Below, in pieces: positions 22,394 to 32,049 of a stretch of DNA of 36,171 nt (position 1 is its first letter; each line of letters opens with the position of its first letter). Source of the DNA: an uncultured bacterium (GTDB lineage Bacteria > Actinomycetota > Thermoleophilia > Gaiellales > F1-60-MAGs149); the NCBI GenBank assembly GCA_963923625.1, contig CAWUMZ010000003.1:1-36171 (forward strand). Direction: 5' to 3'. A program made the translations under genes and the position numbers. The notes beneath the pieces were generated by a model. The model was not told the DNA's origin and made no database searches. It saw only the letters and a program-made list of their open reading frames with translations.

Positions 22394-23802
22394 GCATCCC
22401 CGTCACCCACGTGCCGCCGCGTCCGTCGACCGGACGCCCGCGCGGCGACGCCGCCGACCGTGCCTTCGCGGCGGGTGAGGGTCCCGAGCGCGTGCTCCTC
22501 GACGACTGCGTGCACTGCGGCTTCTGCCTGCCGACCTGCCCGACGTACGTGCTGTGGGGCGAGGAGATGGACTCGCCGCGCGGCCGCATCCTGCTGATGG
22601 ACCTCGCCGAGCAGGGCGAGGTCGGCCTCGACGCGCCAACCGTGCGCCACTGGGACTCGTGCCTCGGCTGCATGGCGTGCGTCACCGCCTGCCCGTCGGG
22701 CGTCCAGTACGGACGCCTGATCGAGGAGACGCGCGCGCAGGTCGAGGAGCGCTTCGAGCGCCCGGCCCCCGAGCGCCGCTTCCGCGACGCGGTCTTCGCC
22801 GTCCTCCCCCACCATCGCCGCATGACCGCGGTGGCCGCGCCGCTCGTCGCCTATCGCGCCTCCGGCGCGCAGCGCCTCCTGCGCCGCTCGCGCCTGTATC
22901 GCGCACTGCCCGAGCGCGTGCGCACGCTCGAGTCGCTCGCGCCCGTCGTCACGTGGGCGTCGCTGCGCGAGGAGGCGCCCGAGCACGCCGCGCCCGCCGC
23001 CGCGCCGAAGCTCAAGGTCGCGCTGCTGACGGGCTGCGTGCAGCGCGCGATCTTCGGCGACGTCAACGCCGCCACCGTGCGCGTCCTGACGGCCTACGGC
23101 TGCGAGGTCGTCGCGCCGCGGGACCAGGCGTGCTGCGGCGCGCTCGAGCTGCATGCCGGTCGCGCCACCTCGGCGACCTCGCGGGCGCAGGCGCTGATCG
23201 ACGTGCTCGATGACCCGACGATCGATTTCGTGGTCGTCAACAGCGCGGGCTGCGGCTCGACGCTGAAGGAGTACGGCGCGCTGCTCGAGGGCGATCCCCG
23301 CTGGGCCGATCGCGCCGCCGCGTTCGCCGCGAAGGTGCGCGACGTGCACGAGGTGCTGGCCGGGCTCGAGGCGCCCGCCACGCTGCGCCCGCTCGAGCTC
23401 GATGTCGCGTACCACGACGCGTGCCATCTGGCCCACGCGCAGGGCGTCACGGCCGAGCCGCGCGCCGTGCTCGGCAGCGTCCCCGGCCTCGTCGTGCGCG
23501 AGATCCCCGAGGCCGCGATCTGCTGCGGCTCGGCCGGCGTCTACAACCTGATCAACCCCGAGCCGGCGGCCGAGCTGGGCCGCCGCAAGGCCGCCAACGT
23601 GCGCTCGATCGCGCCCGACGCGCTGGCCGCCGCCAACCCCGGCTGCCTGCTCCAGATCTCCGCCAACCTCGGTGCCGAGGGCGACCCGATCCCGACCTTC
23701 CACCCGCTCGAGCTGCTCGACGCGTCGCTGCGCGGCGAGGACGTGCGCAGCCTGCTCGAGCGACGGCGCGACCTGCTGCGCAGCGCGGGCTCCCCGACAT
23801 GA
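22390..23802 (+). CDS. glcF: Glycolate oxidase iron-sulfur subunit
   Basis: CVHCGFCLPTCP and CLGCMACVTACP 4Fe-4S motifs; DSPRGRI; CCG domains (CCGAL, YHDACHL, CCGSAGVYN, ANPGC); ATGA overlap with glcE. Confidence 0.9.
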   Translation: MSIPVTHVPPRPSTGRPRGDAADRAFAAGEGPERVLLDDCVHCGFCLPTCPTYVLWGEEMDSPRGRILLMDLAEQGEVGLDAPTVRHWDSCLGCMACVTACPSGVQYGRLIEETRAQVEERFERPAPERRFRDAVFAVLPHHRRMTAVAAPLVAYRASGAQRLLRRSRLYRALPERVRTLESLAPVVTWASLREEAPEHAAPAAAPKLKVALLTGCVQRAIFGDVNAATVRVLTAYGCEVVAPRDQACCGALELHAGRATSATSRAQALIDVLDDPTIDFVVVNSAGCGSTLKEYGALLEGDPRWADRAAAFAAKVRDVHEVLAGLEAPATLRPLELDVAYHDACHLAHAQGVTAEPRAVLGSVPGLVVREIPEAAICCGSAGVYNLINPEPAAELGRRKAANVRSIAPDALAAANPGCLLQISANLGAEGDPIPTFHPLELLDASLRGEDVRSLLERRRDLLRSAGSPT

Positions 23803-24224
23803 CCTGGCTGCTCGCCGCGCAGGCCTTCGCGACGCTCTACATGTGCGGCGTCATCTGGATGTGCCAGGTCGCGCACTACCCGCTCTTCAGCGATATCGGT
23901 GCCGAGCTCCCCCGCTATCAGGCGCGCAACGTGCGCCTCACCACCTACGTCGTGGGCCTGCCGATGCTGGTCGAGGCCGGGTGTGCCGCGATCCTACTCG
24001 TGTGGCGGCCAAGCGGCATCCCGCTGTGGGCCGCGGTCGTCGGCGCGGCACTCGTCGTCATCATCTGGGTCGCGACGATGGCGTTCTCGGTGCCCATGCA
24101 CGAGCGACTCGGCGAGGGATTCGCGGACTGGGCGCACCACCGCCTCGTCCGCACGAACTGGATCCGCACCCTCGCCTGGACCGCCCGCGGCGTGCTCGTG
24201 CTGTGGATGCTCGTCGCGGCCTAG
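23799..24224 (+). CDS. Small multi-pass membrane protein (DUF1772/anthrone-oxygenase-like), 141 aa
   Basis: ATGA overlap with glcF; hydrophobic helices with GVIWMCQVAHYPLF, SVPMHERL and LVRTNWIRT. Confidence 0.65.
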   Translation: MTWLLAAQAFATLYMCGVIWMCQVAHYPLFSDIGAELPRYQARNVRLTTYVVGLPMLVEAGCAAILLVWRPSGIPLWAAVVGAALVVIIWVATMAFSVPMHERLGEGFADWAHHRLVRTNWIRTLAWTARGVLVLWMLVAA

Positions 24225-24233
24225 GCCGATCCG

Positions 24234-25250
24234 TCAGCTCCGGACGAGCTCGACCAGCGTGATCAGCGACGACGTCGGGATGACGCGCTCGATTCGCAGG
24301 CCGACCGGCTCGACGAGCTCGCGGAACTCGACCTCGGTACGCTCGATGCCGCCGGGGATGAGCAGCATCTCGAGGTCCTCGATCTTGCCGAAGTGCGGCG
24401 CATCGCCCTCGGGCAGGACGATGTCGGCAATCAGGATTCGACCATCCGCGCCCATCGCGTCACGCACGTTGGCGAGGATGCCGCGGGCGCGCTCGTCGTC
24501 CCAGTCGTGGACGACGTGCTTGAGCAGGTAGACGTCGGCACCCGCGGGCACCTCGGCGTGGAAGTCGCCGGGGACCAGCTCGACGCGATCGAGGACGCCA
24601 TCCGCCGCGAGCTGCGCCGGCGCATCCTTGAGCACGTCCGGCGCGTCGAAGAGGATGCCGCGCGCCTGCGAATGGACCGTCAGGATCGCGGCGAGCGTGT
24701 GCCCGTAGCCGCCGGCGACGTCGGCGATCACCGCCGCCCGCGAGAAGTCGTACGCATCGAGGATCGCCGGGATGGTGGCGTTCGAGAAGCCGGTCATCGC
24801 GCGGGCGAACGTGGCACCGAGCTCGGGGTTCTCGCCGAACAGATACGGGAAGAGCGGCGTGCCGTGGACCTGCTCCCACACCGGCTGCCCCGTCTTGACG
24901 GCGTCGAGCAGGCTCCCCCACACGCGCCAGTGCGGCTCGGCCCCGACCCACAGGACGAGATCGCGGACGCTGTTCGGCACGTCGCGACGCAGGGTCTCCG
25001 ACTGCGGCGTGTTGGCGAAGACGCCGCGCTCGACCTCGCTGAAGCACCCGGTCATCGCGAGCGTCCGCAGCACGCGCCGCAGCGCCCCGGCATCGGCGCC
25101 GACGGCGGCGGCCACCTCGTCGATCGGCCGCGGCCTGTCGCGCAGCTCGTCGGCAACGCCCAGCTCGGCCGCGACGTACATTGCCTGCGAGACGTTGAGG
25201 CCGCAGAGCGTGCCGATCACCTGGGCTTCGGGGGGCAGGGCATCCGTCAT
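24234..25250 (-). CDS. SAM-dependent O-methyltransferase (Methyltransf_2 with N-terminal dimerisation domain), ~338 aa
   Basis: SD GGAGG before ATG 25250. AAELGVAD, ADVAGGYG, GILFD, PGDF, YLLKHVVHDWDD and GGIERT motifs. Confidence 0.9.
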   Translation of the reverse strand: MTDALPPEAQVIGTLCGLNVSQAMYVAAELGVADELRDRPRPIDEVAAAVGADAGALRRVLRTLAMTGCFSEVERGVFANTPQSETLRRDVPNSVRDLVLWVGAEPHWRVWGSLLDAVKTGQPVWEQVHGTPLFPYLFGENPELGATFARAMTGFSNATIPAILDAYDFSRAAVIADVAGGYGHTLAAILTVHSQARGILFDAPDVLKDAPAQLAADGVLDRVELVPGDFHAEVPAGADVYLLKHVVHDWDDERARGILANVRDAMGADGRILIADIVLPEGDAPHFGKIEDLEMLLIPGGIERTEVEFRELVEPVGLRIERVIPTSSLITLVELVRS

Positions 25251-25276
25251 GTCGACCTCCGGCGGGAACGGCGGCA

Positions 25277-25298
25277 CTTTACTTGACAGAGATGTCAG
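25277..25298 (-). promoter_or_regulatory. Palindromic operator abutting a -10 element upstream of the methyltransferase
   Basis: TGACA-gaga-TGTCA (25284-25297), followed on the minus strand by TAAAGT (25282-25277). Confidence 0.5.
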
Positions 25299-25299
25299 A

Positions 25300-25791
25300 T
25301 CAGCGCGGGAGCCGGAGCACGCGGATCGCGCCCGTCCGCATCCCGAAGCTGTTGACCGGCTGGCCGACGATCACGCCGTTCATCTCCTCGAACCGCCGTA
25401 CCCATGCGGCGATCGGCAGGTACGAGCCGCCGATCACGAGGAACATCAGCGCAGCCAGGCCGCGATACGGCTCGCCGCCGGGCACGAGCGACAGCACGAC
25501 GAGGATCGCGACGGCGATGGCCGCCGGCCCGATGCAGCGGCCGACGGTCTGGCTCGGCGCGGCGAACAGCACGCCGGCCGCCGGCTCAGCGCGCTCGAGA
25601 GCGCCTTGGATCGCGCGGATGGTGACCAGACCGAGCGCGAGCGCCACCACGATCGCGATCGCGATGGCCTGCCACCAGCCGAACAGCGGGACATCGCCGA
25701 TCACGAGCAGCACGATCACGTTGACGAACCCGAGCAGCGCCCAGACGGCGCCGTTGACGAGCTGGAGCAATGCGAGCTGGGAGAGCGCCAC
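25300..25791 (-). CDS. Hypothetical ~4-TM membrane protein (start uncertain: 25791/25794/25800)
   Basis: Four hydrophobic segments; TACGGT lies 7 nt before the GTG at 25791; fills the gap between the methyltransferase and the ABC operon. Confidence 0.55.
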   Translation of the reverse strand: MALSQLALLQLVNGAVWALLGFVNVIVLLVIGDVPLFGWWQAIAIAIVVALALGLVTIRAIQGALERAEPAAGVLFAAPSQTVGRCIGPAAIAVAILVVLSLVPGGEPYRGLAALMFLVIGGSYLPIAAWVRRFEEMNGVIVGQPVNSFGMRTGAIRVLRLPR

Positions 25792-25865
25792 CACCCGCAC
25801 CGTACCGGACACGAGCGAAGGCGAACGGCACCTCGCGGCGTCGAGCGTGGTCGTAGACTGCGCAC

Positions 25866-26831
25866 ATGGCTGCAATCGAGGTCCGCGGGCTCGTCCGCGA
25901 GTTCAAGAAGGGACCGCGCGCGGTCGACGGCATCGACATCACGGTCGATGAGGGCGAGATCTACGGCTTCCTCGGCCCCAACGGTGCCGGCAAGTCGACG
26001 ACGGTGCTGATGCTGACGACGCTGCTGCCGCCCACCGCCGGCACCGCCACCGTCGCGGGCTTCGACATCGTCAGGCAGGGTGCCGAGGTGCGCGGGGCGA
26101 TCGGCGCCGCGCTGCAGGAGGCGGCTCTCGACAAGTTCCTGACCGGCCGCGAGCACGTGAAGCTGCAGGGCTCGCTGCACGGCATGAAGGGCGCCGAGCT
26201 GAAGCGCCGCGGCGACGAGCTGCTCGAGCGCGTCGGCCTGACCGACGCGGCCGATCGCAAGGTCGGCGGGTACTCGGGCGGCATGAAGCGCCGCCTCGAC
26301 CTCGCGCTCGCTCTGCTCCACGGGCCGCGCGTGCTGTTCCTCGACGAGCCCACCACGGGGCTCGATCCGCAGAGCCGCACCGCGCTGTGGGACGAGGTCG
26401 CGCGGCTCGCACGCGAGGACGGCGTCACGGTCTTCCTGACCACGCAGTACCTCGAGGAGGCCGATGCCCTCGCCAACCGCGTCGGCATCATCGACCACGG
26501 GCACATCGTCATCGAGGGCACCCCCGACGAGCTGAAGGCCTCGGTCGGACGCTCCAGCGTCGAGATCGAACCGCACGACGCGGCGCGCCTCGGCGACCTC
26601 GAGCGCACGCTCGCCGCGTTCGGCACGCCGCTCGCGATGCGCGGCCCGAGCGCGTCGATCCGGCTGAACGAGGGCGTCGGCGACGTCGCGGCGATCGTGC
26701 GCGCGCTCGACGCCGAGGGCATCGCCATCCACCAGCTGCGCCTGCGCGAGCCCACGCTCGACGACGTCTTCCTCGAGCAGACCGGCCGCTCGCTGGAGGG
26801 ATCAGGCGACGAGGACGACAACGCGGAGTGA
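25866..26831 (+). CDS. ABC-2 exporter ATP-binding protein (DrrA-like)
   Basis: GPNGAGKST, YSGGMKRRL, LFLDEPTTGLDP, TTQYLEEAD and PTLDDVFL motifs; TAGACT lies 6 nt before the ATG. Confidence 0.93.
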   Translation: MAAIEVRGLVREFKKGPRAVDGIDITVDEGEIYGFLGPNGAGKSTTVLMLTTLLPPTAGTATVAGFDIVRQGAEVRGAIGAALQEAALDKFLTGREHVKLQGSLHGMKGAELKRRGDELLERVGLTDAADRKVGGYSGGMKRRLDLALALLHGPRVLFLDEPTTGLDPQSRTALWDEVARLAREDGVTVFLTTQYLEEADALANRVGIIDHGHIVIEGTPDELKASVGRSSVEIEPHDAARLGDLERTLAAFGTPLAMRGPSASIRLNEGVGDVAAIVRALDAEGIAIHQLRLREPTLDDVFLEQTGRSLEGSGDEDDNAE

Positions 26832-27604
26832 GCGCGCTCGCCCTCCAGGTGCGCGTCATCTCCGAGCGCTCCGTGCGCCGGACGCTGCGCCAGCCCGCCG
26901 CCATCATCCCGGCGATCGTCTTCCCGATCATGCTGCTGTTCGTCTCGTCCGGCGGCCTGCACGCGGCGGAGAACCTGCCCGGCTTCCCCGCCGTCTCGTA
27001 CTTCGACTTCGCACTCGCCGTGACGTTCATGCAGGGCGCGATCTTCGCGACGGGCGGCGCCGGTACCGATCTCGCGACCGACATCGACTCGGGCTTCCTC
27101 AACCGCCTCTCCCTCACGCCGATGAGCGGCGCGGCGCTCGTGCTCGGACAGCTCGGCGGCGCGATCGTGCTCGGCGTGTTCCAGGCGACGTGCTACCTCG
27201 CCGCCGGGTTCATCGGCGGTGCCTCGATCGCGTCGGGCATCGGCGGCGTGATCGTCCTCTACCTGCTCGTGATCCTGATGGCGGTCGGCTTCGGCGCGCT
27301 CGGCGTCGCCGCCGCGCTGCGCACCGGCAACGGGGAGGCGGTCCAGGGCCTCTTCCCCGTCCTGTTCGTCCTGCTCTTCCTGAGCACCATCAACCTGCCG
27401 CTCGACCTGATCCCGATCACGTGGTTCCGCTGGGCCGCGACCGTCAACCCGATCACGTACCTCGTCAACGCGGTGCGCAGCCTGATCATCACCGGCTGGG
27501 ACTGGCCCGTGCTGGCAGCCGGCTTCTGCGTGGCGCTCGCGATCGTCATCCTCGGGATCGCGCTGTCCGCCGTGGCCCTGCGCGGAAGGCTGCAGCGCAC
27601 ATGA
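26828..27604 (+). CDS. ABC-2 type exporter permease (258 aa)
   Basis: GTGA overlap with the ATPase; about 6 TM helices; DIDSGFLNRLSLTP and VNPITYLVNAVRSL. Confidence 0.88.
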   Translation: MSALALQVRVISERSVRRTLRQPAAIIPAIVFPIMLLFVSSGGLHAAENLPGFPAVSYFDFALAVTFMQGAIFATGGAGTDLATDIDSGFLNRLSLTPMSGAALVLGQLGGAIVLGVFQATCYLAAGFIGGASIASGIGGVIVLYLLVILMAVGFGALGVAAALRTGNGEAVQGLFPVLFVLLFLSTINLPLDLIPITWFRWAATVNPITYLVNAVRSLIITGWDWPVLAAGFCVALAIVILGIALSAVALRGRLQRT

Positions 27605-28377
27605 CCGGCTTCCCCGCCTGGTGGGGCGGCGTCAGCGGCATCGCCGCGCGCCAGACCCGCGCGTTCTTCACGAACCCGGCGCTGATCATCCCCGGCCTGC
27701 TGTTCCCGATGCTGTTCTTCGCCGCGTTCGCCGGCGGTCTGTCCGACCTGAACCGCATCCCCGGCTTCGACTACGCGCCGGGCTACACGTCGTTCCAGTA
27801 CGTCTTCGTGCTGTTCCAGTCGTCGATGTTCGGCGGGATCTTCGTCGGCTTCGCCGTGGCACGCGACTTCGAGAACGGCTTCGCGCGGCGGCTCATGCTC
27901 GGCGCGCCGCACCGGTCCGCGATCCTCTGCGGCTACGCGGGCGCGGCGATCATCCGCGCGGCATTCACGATCGTGTTCGTCAGCATCGTCGCGCTGGTGT
28001 GCGGCGCCGACCTGCTCGGATCGCCGTGGCAGATCGCGCTGCTCTACGCGCTGGCGCTCTCGTCGAACATCCTCGGGTCGCTGTGGGCGCTCGGCATCGC
28101 GTTCCGCTTCCAGTCGCTGAGCGTCACGCCGTTCATGCAGATCCCGCTCTTCATCCTGCTCTTCCTCGCGCCGGTCTACGTGCCGCTGCAGCTCCTGAGC
28201 GGCTGGATCCGCCACGTCGCCGACATCAACCCGGCGACCTTCCTGCTCGAAGGCGGGCGCGCGCTGCTGGCCGGCACGCCCGGGCCGATCATCGCCGCGT
28301 GGCTCGTGATCATCATCGGCGGAGTCGTGCTCGGCGTGTGGTCACTGACCGGCCTGCGCGCCGCCGAGACCCGGTAG
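27601..28377 (+). CDS. ABC-2 type exporter permease (258 aa)
   Basis: ATGA overlap; about 6 TM helices; RDFENGFARRL and INPATFLLEGGRAL. Confidence 0.88.
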   Translation: MTGFPAWWGGVSGIAARQTRAFFTNPALIIPGLLFPMLFFAAFAGGLSDLNRIPGFDYAPGYTSFQYVFVLFQSSMFGGIFVGFAVARDFENGFARRLMLGAPHRSAILCGYAGAAIIRAAFTIVFVSIVALVCGADLLGSPWQIALLYALALSSNILGSLWALGIAFRFQSLSVTPFMQIPLFILLFLAPVYVPLQLLSGWIRHVADINPATFLLEGGRALLAGTPGPIIAAWLVIIIGGVVLGVWSLTGLRAAETR

Positions 28378-28392
28378 TTCACACTTCAGTCA

Positions 28393-29676
28393 ATGACTGA
28401 ACACAAGGCGGTGCCGCGACGCATCCTGCTCGCGGGCGCGATCGGCAGCATCCTCGAGTGGTACGACTTCTCCGTCTTCGGGGCGTTCGCGGTGATCCTC
28501 GCGCACGTCTTCTTCTCGGGCAGCGACCAGGTGACCGCGGTACTCGCGACGTTCGCGGTCTTCGGCGTGGGCTTCCTCGCCCGCCCCGTGGGCGCGATCG
28601 TCTTCGGCGCGTACGGCGACCGCCTCGGACGGCGCCGCACGCTGATCCTCACGGTCCTGCTGATGGCCGTGCCGACGACGCTCATGGCCGTGCTGCCGAC
28701 GCCCGCCACGATCGGCATCACCGCCACGATCCTGCTGATCGTCCTGCGCTTCGTGCAGGGACTGTCCGCCGGCGGCGAGGTCGCCGGCGCCTATACGTTC
28801 CTCTCGGAGCAGTCCGGGCACGGGCACTACGCCCGCACGATCAACTGGGCGAGCTGGGTCACGTTCGTCGGCGGCGCGCTCGGCGCCGCCGTCGGCGCGA
28901 TCATCACCGGCTTCTTCCCGATGGAGTGGGTCTACGAGTGGGGCTGGCGCGTGGCGTTCGCGCTCAACCTCGTGCTCCTGGCCATCGCGCTGCTGCTGCG
29001 CCGGGGCCTGACCGAGACACCGGAGTTCGAGCGCCTTCAGGCCGCGGGTGCCGTGGCGGTGAATCCCGTGCGCGAGGCCTTCCGCGAGGTGCGTCGCGAG
29101 ATGCTCCAGGGCTTCCTGATCTCCTCCTTCGCGGGCTCCGCCATCTACTTCATCACCGCCTTCATGCCCGCGTTCCTGGCGATGGAGCAGATGCTCACGA
29201 TCGCGCAGGCGCTGTCGCTCACGCTGCTCAACATCGCCGTCATCATCGCGTTCAACTTCATCGGCGCCGCGCTCGCCGATCACCACGGGGCACGGCGCAT
29301 CGCCCTGATCGCATCCGGGCTGATGATGCTCCTGGGTCTGCCGGCGTGGTGGCTCGCGACCCGCCACGACACCGCCTCGATCATCGTCGGCCAGGTCGCA
29401 CTCGCCGCCTTCCTCGGGCTGTACTACGTGCCCGAGATCACCATCGTCAATCGCAGCTTCCCAACGCGCATCCGCTACGCGGGGCACTCCATGGCCCACA
29501 ACTTCGGTGCGGCCGTGTTCGGCGGAACAGCGGCCCTCATCGCGACCTACCTGCTCCGCGTGACGGGCAGCACGCTCTCCCCCGTGCTCTGGCCGTTCGT
29601 GCTCGCGGTGCTGTCGTTTGCCGTGCTGTGGACGTATCCGCGCCTGTTCAAGGGCGAACGGGCCGACAACGCCTAG
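28393..29676 (+). CDS. MFS transporter, metabolite:H+ symporter (MHS/ProP-like) family
   Basis: GSILEWYDFSVF, ARPVGAIVFGAYGDRLGRR, LRFVQGLSAGGE, ETPEF and FPTRIRY motifs. Confidence 0.9.
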   Translation: MTEHKAVPRRILLAGAIGSILEWYDFSVFGAFAVILAHVFFSGSDQVTAVLATFAVFGVGFLARPVGAIVFGAYGDRLGRRRTLILTVLLMAVPTTLMAVLPTPATIGITATILLIVLRFVQGLSAGGEVAGAYTFLSEQSGHGHYARTINWASWVTFVGGALGAAVGAIITGFFPMEWVYEWGWRVAFALNLVLLAIALLLRRGLTETPEFERLQAAGAVAVNPVREAFREVRREMLQGFLISSFAGSAIYFITAFMPAFLAMEQMLTIAQALSLTLLNIAVIIAFNFIGAALADHHGARRIALIASGLMMLLGLPAWWLATRHDTASIIVGQVALAAFLGLYYVPEITIVNRSFPTRIRYAGHSMAHNFGAAVFGGTAALIATYLLRVTGSTLSPVLWPFVLAVLSFAVLWTYPRLFKGERADNA

Positions 29677-30983
29677 CCGAGCAGTCGCTGGACGATGTCG
29701 ATCTGCATCGCCGTCGCGAGGCCGAGATCGTCGCGGTGGATGCGCTCGTCCTTGTTGTGCATCCCGCCCTCGTAGACGTCGAGCGGCGTGTGGCGCAGCG
29801 GCCAGAAGCCGTACGCGACGGTGCCGAACGCCTGGCGCACGTAGGCCGCGTCGGTGAAGCCCGTCGACAGCTGCGGCACGAGCACGGCGCCGGGATCGGT
29901 TGCGTCGAGGGCGGCGGCGATCGCCTCGTGCAGCGGCGTGCCGAGCGGCGACTCGGTGCCGCCGTTGATGTGCTGATCGAAGGTGCGCTCGAACGGGATG
30001 TCGCCGCCCAGCGCCTCGGCCAACTCGTGATCGAGATCGGTCTCGGTGTCACCGGGCAGGATGCGGCAGTCGAGCCCCACCGACGCACGGCCGGGGAGCA
30101 CGTTGCGCGCGCTTGAGCCGGTCAGCAGCGTCGGCGCGATCGTGATGCCGAGCAGCGCCTCGATCTCCATCGCGAACATCGGGTGGAGCGCGCCGACCTG
30201 CGCGGCGACGGCTTCGAGGTCCTGGTCGGGGTCCACGCCGAGGGCCTCGACCATGCCCCGGATGGCCGGTACGAGGCGCTTCTCCGTGCGGTGCGCGGCG
30301 ATGCGCGTGATCAGCTCGGCGACCATCGGCACGGCGTTGCGACCCAGCGTCGGGATCGACGCGTGCCCGGCCTCGCCGAGCGCGGTGATCGTGGCCGGCA
30401 GCGTCGCCTTCTCCCCCACCTGAAGCGTGTAGACGACGCGGCCGTCGACGAGCTCGAGGCGCATGCCGCCGCCCTCGTCGATCGCGTAGTCGCACTTCAG
30501 GTCCGGACGCTCCTTCAGCAGCCACGGCATGCCGACCTCATCCATGCCGTCCTCCTCGTCGGCCTGCGAGATCAGCAGCAGGTCGCCGCTCGGCTGGAAG
30601 CCGCTGCGCACGAGATGCGCGATCGTCACGCAGCGCGTGGCGAGCTCGTTCTTCATGTCGCAGGTGCCGCGACCCCACACGTAGCCGTCGTCATCGAGGT
30701 GCGCGTCGAACGGCGGGTGCGTCCAGTCGGGCGCGTGCGCGGGCACGACGTCGGTGTGCCCCATCAGCGCCAGCGACGGGCCGGTGCCTCGGCCCGGCAC
30801 GCGCGCGACCAGGTTCGCGCGCTCCGGATCGCGCGCGACGAGCTCGCACGCCACGCCGTTGGCCTCCAGATACGCCTTGACGACCATGGCGACGGGCGTC
30901 TCGCGGCCGGGCGGGTTCGACGAGTCGACGCGGACGAGGTCGCGCATCAGCTCGACGGCCTCGTCTCGAAGGGCGATATCCAT
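29673..30983 (-). CDS. M20/M25/M40 family metallo-hydrolase (peptidase/deacylase)
   Basis: GHTDVVP, WGRGTCDMK, ADEE, DEGG, GFTD and HNKDE metal-ligand motifs; TAGGGT 7 nt before the ATG; stop overlaps the MFS stop (CTAG). Confidence 0.9.
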   Translation of the reverse strand: MDIALRDEAVELMRDLVRVDSSNPPGRETPVAMVVKAYLEANGVACELVARDPERANLVARVPGRGTGPSLALMGHTDVVPAHAPDWTHPPFDAHLDDDGYVWGRGTCDMKNELATRCVTIAHLVRSGFQPSGDLLLISQADEEDGMDEVGMPWLLKERPDLKCDYAIDEGGGMRLELVDGRVVYTLQVGEKATLPATITALGEAGHASIPTLGRNAVPMVAELITRIAAHRTEKRLVPAIRGMVEALGVDPDQDLEAVAAQVGALHPMFAMEIEALLGITIAPTLLTGSSARNVLPGRASVGLDCRILPGDTETDLDHELAEALGGDIPFERTFDQHINGGTESPLGTPLHEAIAAALDATDPGAVLVPQLSTGFTDAAYVRQAFGTVAYGFWPLRHTPLDVYEGGMHNKDERIHRDDLGLATAMQIDIVQRLLG

Positions 30984-30993
30984 GCGGAGAACC

Positions 30994-32049
30994 CTACCCG
31001 GCGGCGACGTCGAGCACGATCTTGCCGACGAAGTCCTTCGCGATGAACGCCTGCTGCGCGGCCTTCACCTCGGCGAGCGGGTAGACCGCGGCGACCGCAG
31101 GGGTGATGGCGCCGGACTCGATCAGCTCGATGAGCTCCGCGAACACCGCCGGGTCGGTGATGGTCGCGCCGATCAGCACCAGATCCTCGAGGTACAGCGT
31201 CCGCAGGTCGAGCTCGACGACCGGGCCGCCGATGGCGCCCGAGATGACGTACCGACCGCCACGGCGCAGCGCAGCGAGATACGAGGGCCACTGCGCGCCG
31301 CCCACGACGTCCGCGACCACGTCAACGCGTCCTATGCCGAGGTCGCCGAGCGCCTGCACGAGATCCGCATCGCGGTCGATCACGTGCACCGCGCCGAGGG
31401 CGCGAACGCCGTCGGCCTTGGCAGCAGCGCAGACGCCGATCGGGATCGCGCCGAGCGCACGGGCGATCTGCACCGCGTAGCCGCCGACGCCGCCCGACGC
31501 GCCCGTCACGAGCACGTGCTCCCCCGCCTGCACGCCGGCGCGGCGGAGCATGTCGAGCGCCGTGCCCGCCGACGTGGGAAACGACGCGAGCTGCACGGCC
31601 GTCAGCCGCCGCGAGACGGGATGGGCGTTGACCGACGGTGCGACCATGAACTCGGCGTAGCCCCCGTCCTGCTCGGAGCCGAGATAGCCCGCCCGCTCGA
31701 GATCGTCGGGGGCGGCGGGATCGCGCACCCACGGATCGACCAGCACCTGCTCGCCGACGCGCTCGTGCGCCACGCCGTCGCCCACGGCCGCGATCACGCC
31801 GCAGACGTCCGCGCCCTGGACGACGGGGAAGGCGAGCGCGCCGCCCCAGGCGCCGTCGTCATCCTCCGTCTGCGCATACCAGCCGACGCGCGTGTTGATG
31901 TCGGTGTTGTTGATCGCACAGGCGTCGACGCGCACCAGCACCTCGCCCGGACCGGGCTGCGGCGTCGGATGGTCGTCGACGAGCTCGAGCGCATCGAGGT
32001 CGCCGTGCCGGGTGAGCAGCACCGCGCGCATGGTGGGCGGGATCGTCAT
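30994..32049 (-). CDS. Medium-chain dehydrogenase/reductase (quinone-oxidoreductase-like), ~351 aa
   Basis: MRAVLLTRHG, PGPGEVLVRV, INNTD, QGADVCG, DGGYAEF, VLVTGASGGVG and GKIVL motifs; ATGA overlap with the upstream gene. Confidence 0.88.
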   Translation of the reverse strand: MTIPPTMRAVLLTRHGDLDALELVDDHPTPQPGPGEVLVRVDACAINNTDINTRVGWYAQTEDDDGAWGGALAFPVVQGADVCGVIAAVGDGVAHERVGEQVLVDPWVRDPAAPDDLERAGYLGSEQDGGYAEFMVAPSVNAHPVSRRLTAVQLASFPTSAGTALDMLRRAGVQAGEHVLVTGASGGVGGYAVQIARALGAIPIGVCAAAKADGVRALGAVHVIDRDADLVQALGDLGIGRVDVVADVVGGAQWPSYLAALRRGGRYVISGAIGGPVVELDLRTLYLEDLVLIGATITDPAVFAELIELIESGAITPAVAAVYPLAEVKAAQQAFIAKDFVGKIVLDVAAG

